Below are positions 1 through 14,032 of a DNA stretch of 64,000 bases, in pieces. Every line of letters begins with the position of its first letter. Within the stretch, counting starts at the first letter, position 1. Both the position numbers and the translations under genes were made by a program. The stretch lies in NCBI GenBank assembly GCA_964016885.1, contig OZ024753.1, positions 43,896,001 through 43,960,000 of the forward strand, given 5' to 3'. This DNA comes from Eledone cirrhosa. Lineage: Eukaryota. The notes beneath the pieces were generated by a model, which ran no database searches, was not told the DNA's origin, and saw only the letters and a list, made by a program, of their open reading frames with translations.

Positions 1-142
1 TTCAAAATATAAAGCTTAGTATTGTAGAACCAGGGGCAGATTTAAGCATTTTGGTATCAAAATATTTAAGCGTTTTACAAATTTTGCATTTAGTCTTAGC
101 AATCTGATAGAAGCAACCACTTTGCAGAGTTTACTGTGTGAA

Positions 143-188
<46 letters not shown>

Positions 189-316
189 CGAGCTGTATGA
201 GCAAGACATGGTCACCTGATCTGGCATTGCTCACAACAGGATAACTCGTCTAACCCATGCCAGCATGGAGAAGTGATGATAATGATTATGATGATATGGA
301 CACACACACACACATA

Positions 317-360
<44 letters not shown>

Positions 361-1809
361 AACATGGAAACACTTACATAAAATGGACATTAAACAATGA
401 TGATGATGGTGATGATGATGTGTATTTTGAATAAGAAGTGATATATCCCAATATTAAAAGGAAAATATATATATTGACATATTGAAATTAAATGCTAGGA
501 ACTTTCTTATTGAACTGTCTAAGACAATAAACTTTATGATTTGAAATGGTTTTCTCAATCAACATTAATATATGCAGTTGAAAATATTACCTGTAATTCC
601 AATGCAAAAACTAAATCATTTGTCTCATAGTTATAGGAGATGAGACATGCTTCACGTTACATAATAATTTTATTTCTCTTGGGTTCAGATAATCTCTTTT
701 GTAACCGAATACATGACATGCAGAATACAAAATAATCGGGAGTAATCTCTCTAAGAGTATATTACATAACAGAACCACCATTTTTTTTTTTTATTAGTCT
801 TTTATTTAAAGCAACCAACTGTATTCATTTATTCTCTTTGAATTGTGTTTCTAGAGAAAATTTATTCCAGTTTAAAGAGATGCTGATGATAATATCAAAA
901 CTTATCCTAAAACTCTTCTGATATCGTTTCAATTTGGAGAAGGAGAAGAAAAAGAGGAGAAGGTAGAAGAAGAAGAAGGTAGTAGAAGAAAAAGGTAGTA
1001 GTAGTTTAGTAAGCAACAAATCAAATAATACATGAAGGATCTCTAAAATAAAATTTTTAACATTGCCAAGTTTCAATTGCAAGAATGACCTGACAAAAAT
1101 TGATACAATCAACATCCAATTAACTTAGGAAAACAAAATATCTTACTCTTCAATTTGAAGGAAAAAAAAAGGCCAAAAGAAAAAGAAATAAATAGATAAA
1201 TGAAAGGAAAATATATTTACAAGGCAAAAGTGAAAACAGAGAGGAAGGAAAGGAAAAAAGAAAAGACTGAAACAAAAAAAAATCCCACCAAAAAAAAACA
1301 GCATCATGTTCATCTATTTTATTGGAGAACATTTCTTCCATAGTGTTGTTCAGATTTTGGTACAAAGCTCGCTACTTCTAGATGCATCCATTGAATAAAC
1401 AGAAGCAAAATGTCCACAAGAGAGGAAATAATGGAACTTTAATCAGTGAGATGTATGTGGTGAATGAACGTGACTTTTCTGGCATTTTCTGTACAAATAC
1501 TGTAAACCATCCAAAGTAGCTTTATTTGTATTTAGTGGGGAGAAGTAAAAACAACAACAAAAACAATTGGTTGAATTATCACCTTCCTGGTAAATGTATT
1601 AAACTAGTAATCCCAAAATCCAAAGATGTGTAACATTGGATATTGAACTGCTAATGTATGCTTTAGAAGTTCAACTTCCAACCATGTAGGTTGGCCCATC
1701 ATGTAACAGTTTCAGCAAGTGTCTTGTACTATTGTTTGGGGTTGACCAATGCCTTGTGAGTGGAAGTGGAATTTGAAAGACAGAAACTACAGAAGCCTGT
1801 CACATATAT

Positions 1810-1990
1810 ATAATTATATATATAGTTATATAATAAAAAAACATAAGACAATTATTCCATTTACCAAAGGTTTCATGAAGACAGACGAGCTTGACACAGA
1901 TATTGTAATATGTTGTTTATTTCATAACTAAATAGCTCTGTAGCCTACATAGAGCACTCTCCTTTCCTTTACCTTTCCTACGGAAACACT
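1810..1990 (-). mobile_element. Short TA-flanked element related to 62140-62376; keeps only the GAAACC-TTT-GGTA half of a hammerhead motif
   Basis: Shares taccaaaggtttc and taaatagctctgt..catagagcactct with 62140-62376. Confidence 0.55.
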
Positions 1991-2009
1991 TAATATATAT
2001 ATATAACTA

Positions 2010-2165
2010 ATTGTTAGAGAATTGGATTCACGATTGTGAGGTTGTGAGTTTGATTCCTGGATCGGGGAAATCGTTATGTCCTTGAGCAAGACTCTTTATA
2101 TCATGTTGTTGCTTCTGTCAGAAGTTGTGACCAGTAGATAGTATCAGCAATGGAAAAACCAATAA
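2010..2165 (+). mobile_element. tRNA-derived CORE-like SINE (family B), degenerate
   Basis: gttagagaattggattc..gagtttgattcc..gtccttgagcaagac; colinear with 50855-51050. Confidence 0.7.
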
Positions 2166-2714
2166 AAAAAACATGCGTAGATGGGTCTCAGTGTTGTGAC
2201 CAGTTGAGTTTTTGATGTTGTCAGACCAGGATTTTCTTTCTCTGCCTCCTCTTCTCTCCCCTTCTCAACTGTTCCCCAAACGATGGTCTTAGACAAGAAG
2301 TTTTGGCAAGATACATGACCATACTAGGCAAACTGCTATCTTGAAATCATAATAAGCTATCAATGTTGACCAAAATCATTGATTCTTCTATATTAACTGT
2401 GTGACAGTATTAGATCAATGTTAAATGTGATGAGAATGGCAGAGATAAGAATACAGTCACATCAAATGATGATTAGATTAGTAAAATAAAAACATAAGAA
2501 GAGAAGCATGAAAATACAATTAGTCTAATGGATGAGATATAGAAGCTTAAGCAACTAACAAGGAGTTTAATTAAATTAACTTCTGAATTCCAATTAAAAT
2601 AATTATAGAGATGTAAGACAATGTAATTGACTATTAAGTATCAGGTTAGCATTTTATTTAGAATAAAAACTGAAGAAATAAATCTCTAACTTTTATACAC
2701 AAATTGACAATCTA

Positions 2715-3250
2715 TTTGGAGACTTCTGGTGTTCTTCGGCCCCTGGACCACTTCATTGCTCAGTTATCAGAACAGAGCTGGCTACCTGCAAGTGCTAACC
2801 TGAGACAGTGGAGACATCTGGTGTTCTTGCCTCTCAGACCACATCCCTGCTCACTGCTATATGAGTGGAGCTGGCTACCCACAAGTGTGACCCCCATGAG
2901 GGGGAGTGGCTGTTCCAGCACATTGTCTCCCCTAATGTCCTCCAGGACAATGTTTTCTCCATCCTAGCAACCAGGACCATGAGGTGAACTGTCCCTTAAT
3001 CTAGGGAAAACTGACAAAGCATCAGCAACTCTCTCATAGATTTGTGGTTGAGCCTGTAGTAGTGGAGACATCCAGCATTCTTGGCCCTCAGATCACATCC
3101 CTGGTCACTTCTATTGGAGCAGAGTTGGCTTCCTGCAGGTGTGAGCCCCACAAGGTAGAGTCGCTGTTCCAGTGTGTCTTTCTCGCTGTCCTCCAGAGCA
3201 ATATCTTCGCCATTCTGTTGACTAGGGCCACAAGTCAGATCTTTTCTTGT
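2715..3250. repeat. GC-richer diverged internally duplicated repeat
   Basis: Three copies of ggagac(a/t)tc..gagctggctacc block; two copies of gctgttccag..gtcctccag block. Confidence 0.55.
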
Positions 3251-3515
3251 CATTGATGGAATTTGGCTGTTTCAACAGCTATCCATTGTGTTCAAGTTTT
3301 CAAGTTATTCCTATAAATTTCAAATACACTCATGCTTCATCTCCATGATTTTTTAGGGCAACCAATGTTTATTTGGACACACACACATACACACACACAT
3401 AGACATGTATCTAAAAATTAAATAACACTCTTATTACTAAAATAACTGAGGAATGTATTAGCTAACTGAGTAATAATCCGAACTGGTGGATGTTTTATTG
3501 TCAGCATGACTCTCC

Positions 3516-3596
<81 letters not shown>

Positions 3597-3597
<1 letters not shown>

Positions 3598-3715
3598 TAT
3601 TCAAAAGTATCTGAAGGATGCATTTACAGCTATGAAATCACTGCTAATGCATGAAACTGTTAGTATATATATTCTTCATTCTTACATTACATTTTCAATC
3701 CACACATACAACTCT
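3597..3715 (+). mobile_element. TA-flanked Penelope-like remnant with degenerate hammerhead
   Basis: ctgaagga-tgcatt..aatgca-t-gaaactgttagta at 3611-3665. Confidence 0.45.
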
Positions 3716-3925
3716 CTCTCTTTATATATATATATATATAAAGCAAATGTGTATGGTATTCAGTCTGCAAGAGGAAATGTAGCTAGCTAATGTTAACTAA
3801 AATCAAGAATTTTCTCTAAAGAGCTATTGGCTGAATATTCCAGAAGTAACAATCCTTCCTTTGAGCAGGAAAAGTTACATGACAAAATAAACAATACATA
3901 CATGCATACATACATACATATACAT

Positions 3926-3962
<37 letters not shown>

Positions 3963-5157
3963 AACACAAAACAAAATATGTAGATCTTATTACATCAAAA
4001 TTCTGTCCTCATTTATAAAATACCTATTGTAGAAAACCATCTTGTAACCTAAATGGAATCAAATAAATCTAATTAGATGGCTATGATATAATAGAAAAAT
4101 TATGATAATGGTCTGTATTTTGCCTGGAGCAAGATATTTCAATTATTCTCTAATCTTTCCCAAAGCAAGATTTATTAATCATTACTTTTCACATCTACTG
4201 CAGCAGGAAGATGAAAAGAAAAAAAATAATAATAACAATAATAAAAATAACAAAAATAACAATAATAATAATAATAACAATGACATTAACTCAGTACTTT
4301 CAAAGAAATCCTCAAAACATTCAATGCGAATTTTAAGATTAAAATTTTTTTTATATTACTCTCTATCTCTTTCCCTTTTCTCTTTCTCTCTTCTTCCTCT
4401 CTTTCCTTCCTATTTCTCTCTTCTTCCTCTCTTTCTTTCCTATTTCTCTCTTTTCCTCTCTTTCTTTTTTTCTCTCTCTATCTCTCTATCTATATATATA
4501 TGTATATGTATGTATATACACCCATATATATATATATATATATATATATACACCCATATATATATATATATATATACATACGTATATATATATATATATA
4601 CACACACCTATATATATAATCATCATCATCTTACATTCCTTCTTAGCAATATCCTCACCTTCATCACCATTTTACATGTTTTCCATGGCTGCAGGAGTTA
4701 AATATGTTGTCACGTTCTGAAATCAAACCTTAGACATCTAAATTTAACTCATATGTTCCATTTTGAGAGGGTTTCTATGGCTATCTGCCCTTCATAACAT
4801 GATTCAGGCATCAGCATGATCTCCTGCTTTTATCATGGCACCAGCACTCTCATTTTCAACATTAGGGCATTTGTTTCCCCTCAGTCAGGCTCAGGAAGCA
4901 GTGATGGAAGGGGCAATATATATATATGTGTGTGTGTGTGGACATTGTGCTTACATATGTATTATAGATATATATATGTGAAAGAATTGTCCCTCTCATA
5001 TTTCAATAATGTCACTTTGATGAATCAAAGAAGAAAGGAAACAAAAAGAAAAACTGACCCTAAAATATATTTTACGTGCTATTTCCAACTTCACCTTTTC
5101 TCTATATCCCCTGTTTTGTATAGAACCTTACTTCCCTTTTCTAATATATATATATAT

Positions 5158-5380
5158 ATATTTATTAAAATAACAGATTAAAGTTTAAGCAAAGAATCGC
5201 TGCTTTCACCCTTTACAGGATTTTCTGAAACCGTTAAGGGTGAAAGCAGCGATTCTTTGCTTAAACTTTAATCTGTTATTTTAATAAATATTTGCTCTAC
5301 GGTTCTTATATATTTGATATATATTTATCCTTATCGAGCCCTCTTTGGATTTTAGTCTTCAAATTTATTATTATTACTAT
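5158..5380. mobile_element. TA-flanked element with perfect 56-bp inverted repeat
   Basis: Arms 5158-5213 and 5236-5291; relatives at ~29300-29555 and 35205-35415. Confidence 0.75.
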
Positions 5381-5397
5381 ATATATATATATATATG

Positions 5398-5620
5398 CTA
5401 AAAGTAAAGAGAAATAACAAAGCAAACTGCGCAGTATAATGAAGAAATATATTAATTCAATGCTTGATATAGTAGGAAAAGTGTCTTATTGTTTCAGACA
5501 CTAGTCTTTCATCAGAAGATAGAATGAGAAATAAAACTGAAATAGAAAGATAAAAAAGTGAGATGGGGCAAAAACGGGAAAAGAATATTTTTGAGAACAA
5601 AATGTGTATTCAGTCTGCCA
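5398..5620 (-). mobile_element. Penelope-like terminal-repeat remnant with hammerhead motif
   Basis: Minus strand tctt-ctgatga-a-agac-tagt-gtct-gaaacaat-aaga (5484-5519); family members at 45050 and 52975. Confidence 0.6.
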
Positions 5621-5792
5621 TTTTGGAGAAATATAAAAGATATTTGGTATTGTGGCTTTTATTTCGTAACTGGTTTTATTTGTGTTTTTGTCATGTTTTT
5701 TTGTATTTTTATTTTTGCTTCTTTGTATGTTTTGTTTGTTTTTTTCTTTACCCCTCAGGTAAACCACAAACAAAAACTCACCAATTTCTACG

Positions 5793-6315
5793 ATTATTAA
5801 TAATATTATGATTATTAATAATACTATTATCATTATTAATAATATTATAACCATTATTAATAATATTATTATCATTATTAACAATACTATTACCATTATC
5901 AATAATACTATTATCATCATCATTAATAATATTATTACCATTATTAATAATATTATTATCATTATTAATAATACTATTATCATTATCAACAATACTATTA
6001 TCATTATCAATAATACTATCATTATCAACAATACTATTACCATTATCAATAATACTATTATCATTATTAATAATACTATTACCATTATTAATAATATTAT
6101 TACCATTATTGATAATACTATTATCATTATCAATAATACTAATACCATTATTAATAATATTGTTACCATTATTAATAATGCTATTACCATTATTAATAAT
6201 ATTATTATCATTATTGATAATACTATTATTATTATCAATAATACTATTACCATTATCAATAATATTATTACCATTATCAATAATACTATTATCACTATTA
6301 ACAATACTATTATCC
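5793..6315. repeat. ATT/AAT-derived ~21-bp minisatellite
   Basis: Units such as attattaataatactattatc. Confidence 0.9.
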
Positions 6316-7124
6316 TGATCATGAATACACCATTGTTAGTCTTATTGTGGTTGCGTGTTTTGACTGCAGAACTGAATACAACCTTCTGTCTCTGTGTGTG
6401 TATGTATGTGTATATTTATGTGTGTATGTGCATATGTATGTGTGTATTTGTGTGTGCATATATATGTGTGTGAGTGCATGTGTGTGTAAGTGTGTGCCTT
6501 GGGTACAACAGATATTATGTAATAACATTGTTTGTTATTGTATTATAGAGTACACTGCTCCCTAATATACGTGTACACTGTTCACAATCTTATAGTTTTA
6601 TGTCTTCTATACATCTGAATATGTTTTTGTTTTCTGTATTATTCGTTTTCTTGTTTTGTTTATTTGTTGTCGTTTTTGCATTGCTCAGAAATCATTCTCA
6701 AGATATTATCATGAAGATTGTTTCTTGTTTCCACTCCCCCAACCCCAGCCGCCACCCAACTATCTTTTTAGTCTAATGTTCTTTTCCTAGTTATATTGTT
6801 CTCTCCTGAAATTGAGCTGTCATGTACAAGAAAATCTATATTTTGTTTGTGTTTTTTCTCTGATGGACTTTCACGATAATAGTTTCTAATTTACATAGAA
6901 GGGCAGTCTTTCAGCAGGAAGTATATACTGTAAGTAGATTAAATTGAACCCAGTACTTGGCTGATACTATTACTTTATTTTAGGGACCCCATCTCCATTT
7001 CCAGAAGTGGGATTTGAACTTAGACCATAAAGGGTGTTGACAAATAATACAAATGTCTTTCCAAAAGACCGATTTGATTGTCTATGTCCTACTGAGGACA
7101 GAATGACCTGTTTTGTGTTGGTGT

Positions 7125-7340
7125 CATGATACAATGCACTTGGTACACTCTGTTAAGTATTAGTACATTAGTTACATTTCTCTAGTACACTGTAAAGTGT
7201 TGGGTATTAGGAAGGGCACCCTACCATAGAAAACATGCCGAAAATGGAACACATGAGCAAGATGTGGTTCTCCAGCCAACCTAGTAGTAGATTTTTGACA
7301 ATCGATCCAACCCATGCTTGTACGGAAAGCAGACATAATG
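7125..7340 (+). mobile_element. SINE 3' portion with RTE-like tail
   Basis: ttaggaagggca..aacccatgcttg..ggaaagcagac followed by GGT/GAT tail. Confidence 0.6.
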
Positions 7341-7600
7341 GTGGTGGTGGTGGTGGTGGTGGTGGTGATGGTGATGGTGATGATGATGGTAGTGGTGATG
7401 ATGATGGTGGTGGTGATGGTACTGGTGGTGATGGTGATGGCTATGATGGTGGTGATGATGGTTTTGGTGATGGTGGTGGTGATGATGATGATGTGATGAT
7501 ATGATGATATGATGATATGATGGTGATGATGGCGATGATGATGATGGTGGTGGTGGTGAGGATGGTATTGGTGATGATGGTACTGGCGATGATGATAATG
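7337..7600. repeat. (GGT)n/(GAT)n microsatellite
   Basis: Direct observation. Confidence 0.9.
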
Positions 7601-8661
7601 ATAAACATAATCCAGTAATAGACCCAAACCAAACACTGTAAAACATCAATTAGATAACTCTTTATTAATATCAGACACAACATATGGTTTTATACGAGAG
7701 ATAACCATAGTATTAGCGCATATCGATAATATAAAATACATAATCATAATATTTACTCATAGTATTGATCTTCCTAGCTAATCATAATATTAGCATTCAT
7801 AGATAATACACAATCATAATATGAAAACTGGAATATTTTTATAATAATATTTTTAATGAGTTTTTTATTGTTTTATTTTAATTTTTATTTTAATGTCTGC
7901 ATTTGTTTTTTAATGCAAAAACATTAAGTAAGCATCATTGGGAATTCTTTTTATGTGTTTTTGGTTTACAAATTTAGATATGTTCATATATTTTCATATT
8001 GATGGAGTATTTTTATTCGTATATCATACAGCACTTATTTATTTATTAACCTGTCATATTGTCTTTAACGGCTAATTGCATTTCTCATTTATATTCTAAC
8101 ATCTGACTTAATCACTTCATCTTAAGCATTTCTTGCTTAACATATATACTGCAGCAACTGAAACTTTTATGCAACAATGTTTTGTCTATTAGCATACATG
8201 ATCCATGTAACTAAGTTGTTTTTACCATTGACAGGACAGAGTATGTTAGCTAAATGGTTAAGATGTCTGTTTTGTAATCATCAGGTCTTGAGATTGATCT
8301 CACTATCTCACTATGTATCATCTTGAGCGAGTCTCTTTCATACCATAACCTTGGATCAACCTTAAAATTGAGTAGATACATGAAAGAGGCAGCTTATGGA
8401 AACTTAAAGATTCACAGTTTTATACAGATTTGTATATTTAAATTAGATATATAATAATTTCCTGTGATCAATATGTAAATCACTAAACATCTTTGGCATG
8501 GGGCAGTGTGAACAGTGTAGTAGAAAATGTAGGCAGAGTAATTTTCTTAGTGTGGTCAGAAAGGTGTCAGTTTATCAAACTGCAGGTTGAAATATTTTAT
8601 TTAGGAGAATGTCGTTCATAAGTGGAAGACAGGAAGTGGTCGGGAAGGGATTGTAGAGCTA

Positions 8662-8943
8662 ACCTAAAGTCTGTCTTAAGCCATTTAAGGCTCGTTAGGT
8701 TGGTGCTTATCCTGGTTTCATGGTGTGAAGTGACTGAAAATACAAGACTTCCCCTTGGACAAGATGCCAGTCCATCACAGGGTTAAACCCCCAGATATTA
8801 CTGGTACTCATTTACAGCTGAGTATACTGGAGCAACATAAAATGAAATGTTTTGCTCAAGAACACAGCATGCAATCCAGCCCAGGAATCGAACCCACGAC
8901 ATGATTGTAACTCCAACACCCTTACCAGTAGGCTATGCACCTA
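8662..8943 (-). mobile_element. tRNA-derived CORE-like SINE
   Basis: ggagcaac..tgctcaagaacac..ggaatcgaaccc (B box on minus strand); colinear with 53970-54235. Confidence 0.7.
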
Positions 8944-9805
8944 ACTAAGGTGCCAAGTATCTTGATGCTGGCACTGTTTACATGTCGATCTCAAACCTAT
9001 AGAGTAATCTTGTGAGCCAGTTTTTACAAAGACCCAAATCCTTTTCTACTAAACATAGTTTCCCACATGTTTCTTTCAGCATCTATTCTCAAATTTGGAT
9101 GCATTCTTTATATGTTTCTATTCCCTTTAGATCTTTACATTTCATCCTCACGTTCACATCTCTTTTTATTATTATTGTCATCCATCCTCATTGTATCATT
9201 TCATTCTTTTCATATCACTGATTCTTATTATTTTACCCTTTGTCATAGGAAACATCTGATGTCTTCTACCTTCTTACCATACATGATCTGGAATTATCTT
9301 TGAAAATTGCTTAGTTCCCTTTCATTTTAGTTTCCTCGTCAATTTAACACTGTCACAGAAAACCTTATTTCTCTCTATACTTTATATAATAAGACTTCTG
9401 CAACAAACCATACTTCTAATATATTGTTATAAACTTGACTCCTTATCTAAGGAATGAAAATTATTGGTTGTTGTTTAGTAACAAGTCAGCTCTGTTTAAA
9501 TAGACTTTTGTTCAGACATCGAAATAAAAGGAAATAAAATAGAATAAAATGAAATAAAATTTATCATTCCTACCTATGAAGGTTTAACAGGCCTCCCCAC
9601 CTCCTATGAGGTTGTATCAGGTGTTTTAATGACAGGAGTCTTACAATGAAAAGCAATGTGAGATGAAACATGTTGCTAAAAAACACAAACACACTACCTT
9701 GTCCAGGAATGAAACCCACAAACTTATGGTCATAAACTCAATACTCTAACCACTAGAACACTTGTCTTCAAAAACATTCCAACCACATAATTCTTTTTTT
9801 CTAAA

Positions 9806-10042
9806 TTAACCCCTCGTGACAGTATTCTAATGAAATAACTCTATTTCAATTAATTAATGAAGAATTTTGAAGGATTACTAACATTATTAATTATTTCATT
9901 AGTAAGATAATGATGTAAAATATGGTTCTTACGTAAAATTATGTTCGAAGATATAAATCTAAATAGGAACCCATTAAAACGGGTGCTTTTGTCTCATTGA
10001 ACCAAAGCCAGGTTTGGCTGGATAGTAATCAAAAGTGTTAAA
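9806..10042. mobile_element. Old TTAA-flanked piggyBac-like MITE (second family), degenerate
   Basis: ttaacccctcg.. to aaaagtgttaa; similar ends at 26560-26948. Confidence 0.4.
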
Positions 10043-11100
10043 TCTATAGAACATTTTCGTAGTCTTGTAAGTCTTGTAATAGCTGTTTAAATCTTCAACT
10101 TGTTTTTTTTTTATTATTCAATTTTGTTTTGTTTGTTGTTATCAGAAAATGATTACCAAGTGAAACAACCTCATAACACACATTGTTTGTTTTAATATTA
10201 TTTTATATTTAGTTTGATTTTTTTTTCTTATTTTATCATTCTTCTTACTGATAATGAAACAAATCTCTTGCCTAAATATGTTTAAACATTAAGCAGCTAT
10301 ATGATGAATTTAAGAATAATTTCAAATGAAAATATTTAGAGAATGAAAATGTAATTATATTTATCTTATCCATAGGCTTATAATTCTGTTTAGCAAAATA
10401 AGAATGCCAACGTGTCTTTCTAAAAATATTTAGTGAACAAAAGGAAAATAGGAGAGGTTTTTTAATAAGTAAGTAAGCTATCTTCAATTGTTTGTTATGC
10501 AAAATATTCATCAGTCTTCCTTTGAATGTTGTCTCACTTTCTGCTCACAAGAAATATATTAGAAATTTCATTATATCTTCTATATTACATTCTCTTAATC
10601 TTCTCACTTTTCTTATTTGGGCTTATTCAGAATTTAAATCTCTAAAAAACTTCAAACATAATTTTTTATCTCAGATTCCATGAGTAATTTATTTACAAAG
10701 GAATACATATTTTACAATGTGTTTATCACTCATTTCTACATTTTCAATATGGCATTTGTCAAAAAAGAAAATTAATTCTATATTGTAAACTTAAAAGAAA
10801 TATATTCTTAGGATTGTGTTTCTTTACATTCCTCTGAGAGAACATATACTGCCTACAGAAGCGGAGTGTCTTGTAAACTAAGGTACCAGTGGCCTACTTT
10901 TTAAGGAAACTATATTACCAATAACTTAGTTTACCATAAATTAAAAGAAATATATCAAATAAAAGAATATATATATATATATGTGTGTGTATGTGTATAT
11001 ATATGTATATATGTGTATATATATATATGTATATATATATGTATATATACTAATAAACCTTTGTTCGTACTGCTTCTCTGTTTTGTTCCTGTTCCATTTT

Positions 11101-11181
<81 letters not shown>

Positions 11182-11644
11182 ATTATATATATATATACAA
11201 TATTAAACAAATGGAAACTATATTTATAAAACCATATTTATTTCATTATACATATTTCAGGGATACCATATTAAAAATATGGCATGCCTTCTTCAGATAA
11301 AATACAATATATAAGCAGTTTTATAAATAAATTTGACGTACCATAAATATTGATCAACTTCCATTAGAGAGAGAGAGAGACACAGACAGACTTGGTTTCA
11401 ACAAGTTAAGTCACTGTTAATTTCTTCTTGCCTAAACAGTTCCCAGTAAAAACAAGAACAACAACAAGAATTTTAAGGCTAAATCTGGGGCTCCCTTTGT
11501 GGAGACCATGACAAGCTTCTCCACTTTACCCTGTCACTTTCATAAATTCCTCACCAACATCATGGCTTTCATTTCCTCCTCCATTATGTTAAGCTGTATC
11601 TTTATTGGTCTTCCCCTTCTCCTTCCTTACTCATTCATTGCTAT

Positions 11645-13215
11645 CACTTCTCTCCTCTCCTCTCATTTCCACCTCTTCTCTCCTCATCCAGTCATTTCCA
11701 CCACTTCTCTTTTCTCCTCTCCTCTCCTGTCATTTCCACCTCTTCTCTCCTCATCCAGTCATTTCCACCACTTCTCTTTTCTCCTCTCCTCTCATTTCCA
11801 CCTCTTCTCTCCTCATCCAGTCATTTCCACCACTTCTCTTTTCTCCTCTCATTTCCACCACTTCTCTTCTCTCCTCTCCTCTCATTTCCACCTCTTCTCT
11901 CCTCATCCAGTCATTTCCACCACTTCTCTTTTCTCCTCTCATTTCCACCACTTCTCTCCTCTCCTCTCCTGTCATTTCCACCACTTCTCTCCTCTCCTCA
12001 TCCAGTCATTTCCACCACTTCTCTCCTCTCCTCTCCTGTCATTTCCACCTCTTCTCTCCTCTCATTTCCACCACTTCTCTCCTCTCCTCATCCTGTCATT
12101 TCCACCACTTCTCTCCTCTCCTCTCATTTCCACCACTTCTCTCCTCTCCTCATCCAGTCATTTCCACCACTTCTCTCCTCTCCTGTCATTTCCACCACTT
12201 CTCTCCTCTCCTCTCCTGTCATTTCCACCACTTCTCTCCTCTCCTCTCCTGTCATTTCCACCACTTCTCTCCTCTCCTCTCCTGTCATTTCCACCACTTC
12301 TCTCCTCTCCTCTCCTGTCATTTCCACCACTTCTCTCCTCTCCTCTCCTGTCATTTCCACCACTTCTCTCCTCTCCTCTCCTGTCATTTCCACCACTTCT
12401 CTCCTCTCCTCTCCTGTCATTTCCACCACTTCTCTCCTCTCCTCTCCTGTCATTTCCACCACTTCTCTCCTCTCCTCTCCTGTCATTTCCACCACTTCTC
12501 TCCTCTCCTCTCCTGTCATTTCCACCACTTCTCTCCTCTCCTCTCCTGTCATTTCCACCACTTCTCTCCTCTCCTCTCCTGTCATTTCCACCACTTCTCT
12601 CCTCTCCTCTCCTGTCATTTCCACCACTTCTCTCCTCTCCTCTCCTGTCATTTCCACCACTTCTCTCCTCTCCTCTCCTGTCATTTCCACCACTTCTCTC
12701 CTCTCCTCTCCTGTCATTTCCACCACTTCTCTCCTCTCCTCTCCTCTCATTTCCACCACTTCTCTCCTCTCCTGTCATTTCCACCACTTCTCTCCTCTCC
12801 TCTCCTGTCATTTCCACCACTTCTCTCCTCTCCTCTCCTGTCATTTCCACCACTTCTCTCCTCTCCTCTCCTGTCATTTCCACCACTTCTCTCCTCTCCT
12901 CATCCAGTCATTTCCACCACTTCTCTCCTCTCCTCTCCTGTCATTTCCACCTCTTCTCTCCTCTCATTTCCACCACTTCTCTCCTCTCCTCATCCTGTCA
13001 TTTCCACCACTTCTCTCCTCTCCTCTCATTTCCACCACTTCTCTCCTCTCCTCATCCAGTCATTTCCACCACTTCTCTCCTCTCCTGTCATTTCCACCAC
13101 TTCTCTCCTCTCCTCTCCTGTCATTTCCACCACTTCTCTCCTCTCCTCTCCTGTCATTTCCACCACTTCTCTCCTCTCCTCTCCTGTCATTTCCACCACT
13201 TCTCTCCTCTCCAAT
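11645..13215. repeat. 33-bp pyrimidine-rich minisatellite
   Basis: Unit gtcatttccaccacttctctcctctcctctcct; homogeneous centre, variant flanks. Confidence 0.95.
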
Positions 13216-13454
13216 CATTTTCATCCAACCTCAACACATGACCCAACCTTACTATTCCATTTTTCTTCATAACATTTATCATTGTCTTTATTTCCATCAT
13301 CCTTTGCAATTCATATAAGAAAATTTACACAAATATAATAAATCAAGAATTAAGTATCAGAAATAATCTGATCATTTCACTATTGCCTTTCTAAAAATGT
13401 AATACGCCAAAACTACACCTGATGTACTCCTTCCATACACATGCACACGTGTGT

Positions 13455-13697
13455 GTATCATGACTCGTGCACTGTTCATTTTACTGATGTTTGTACATGC
13501 ACTTTTTGATGAGTTGTGGTGCACCTGGGCACTGTACACAATATTTCATAATTTTTGTTGTTATTATTATTGTATCATGACTCATACACTGTTTATTTTC
13601 CTGACATTTGTACATTATTCTATGTACTATACATGCACCTTTGATGAGTTGTAGTGCACCTGAGCACTGTACACAATAATTTCATTATTATTATTAA
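13455..13697 (+). repeat. Two tandem retroposon-like 3' ends with (ATT)n tails
   Basis: tgtatcatgactc..gatgagttgt..gcacctg.gcactgtacacaata repeated twice. Confidence 0.6.
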
Positions 13698-14032
13698 AAA
13701 CAAATGAAATAAAATAAAACATCTCCGAAGCAATTTACTAAGATAAATCAATTGAGATCAAATATTAAATCTTTTGGATTTTTTTTCCCCCCTGTTTCTT
13801 TCTTCATATTATGACTTAATATATTCCGATGGATTGACAGGATCCTTAAAACCTCAGACCAGGTGCTTTGTGGTATTTATTCTAGATCTTTACCTTCAGA
13901 GTTCAAATCCCACTGAAGTTACCTTTGTCTTTACTCTTTCTTCAATCAATAAAATAAAATACTAGTTTTCTAGTGGGTTAATATAATATACCCCCCCCCC
14001 CGACCTTCCCCCGAAGTTGTTAGTTCTGTGTC

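Noticed and set aside
5501-6473. Asn/Ile-rich exon with a minus-strand GTGAGT donor near 5780 or a plus-strand acceptor near 5758
   Set aside because: Trinucleotide-derived repeat; no convincing partner splice site or homology.
11499-13272. 580-aa and 555-aa ORFs
   Set aside because: Translations of a stop-free 33-bp minisatellite, open in several frames on both strands.
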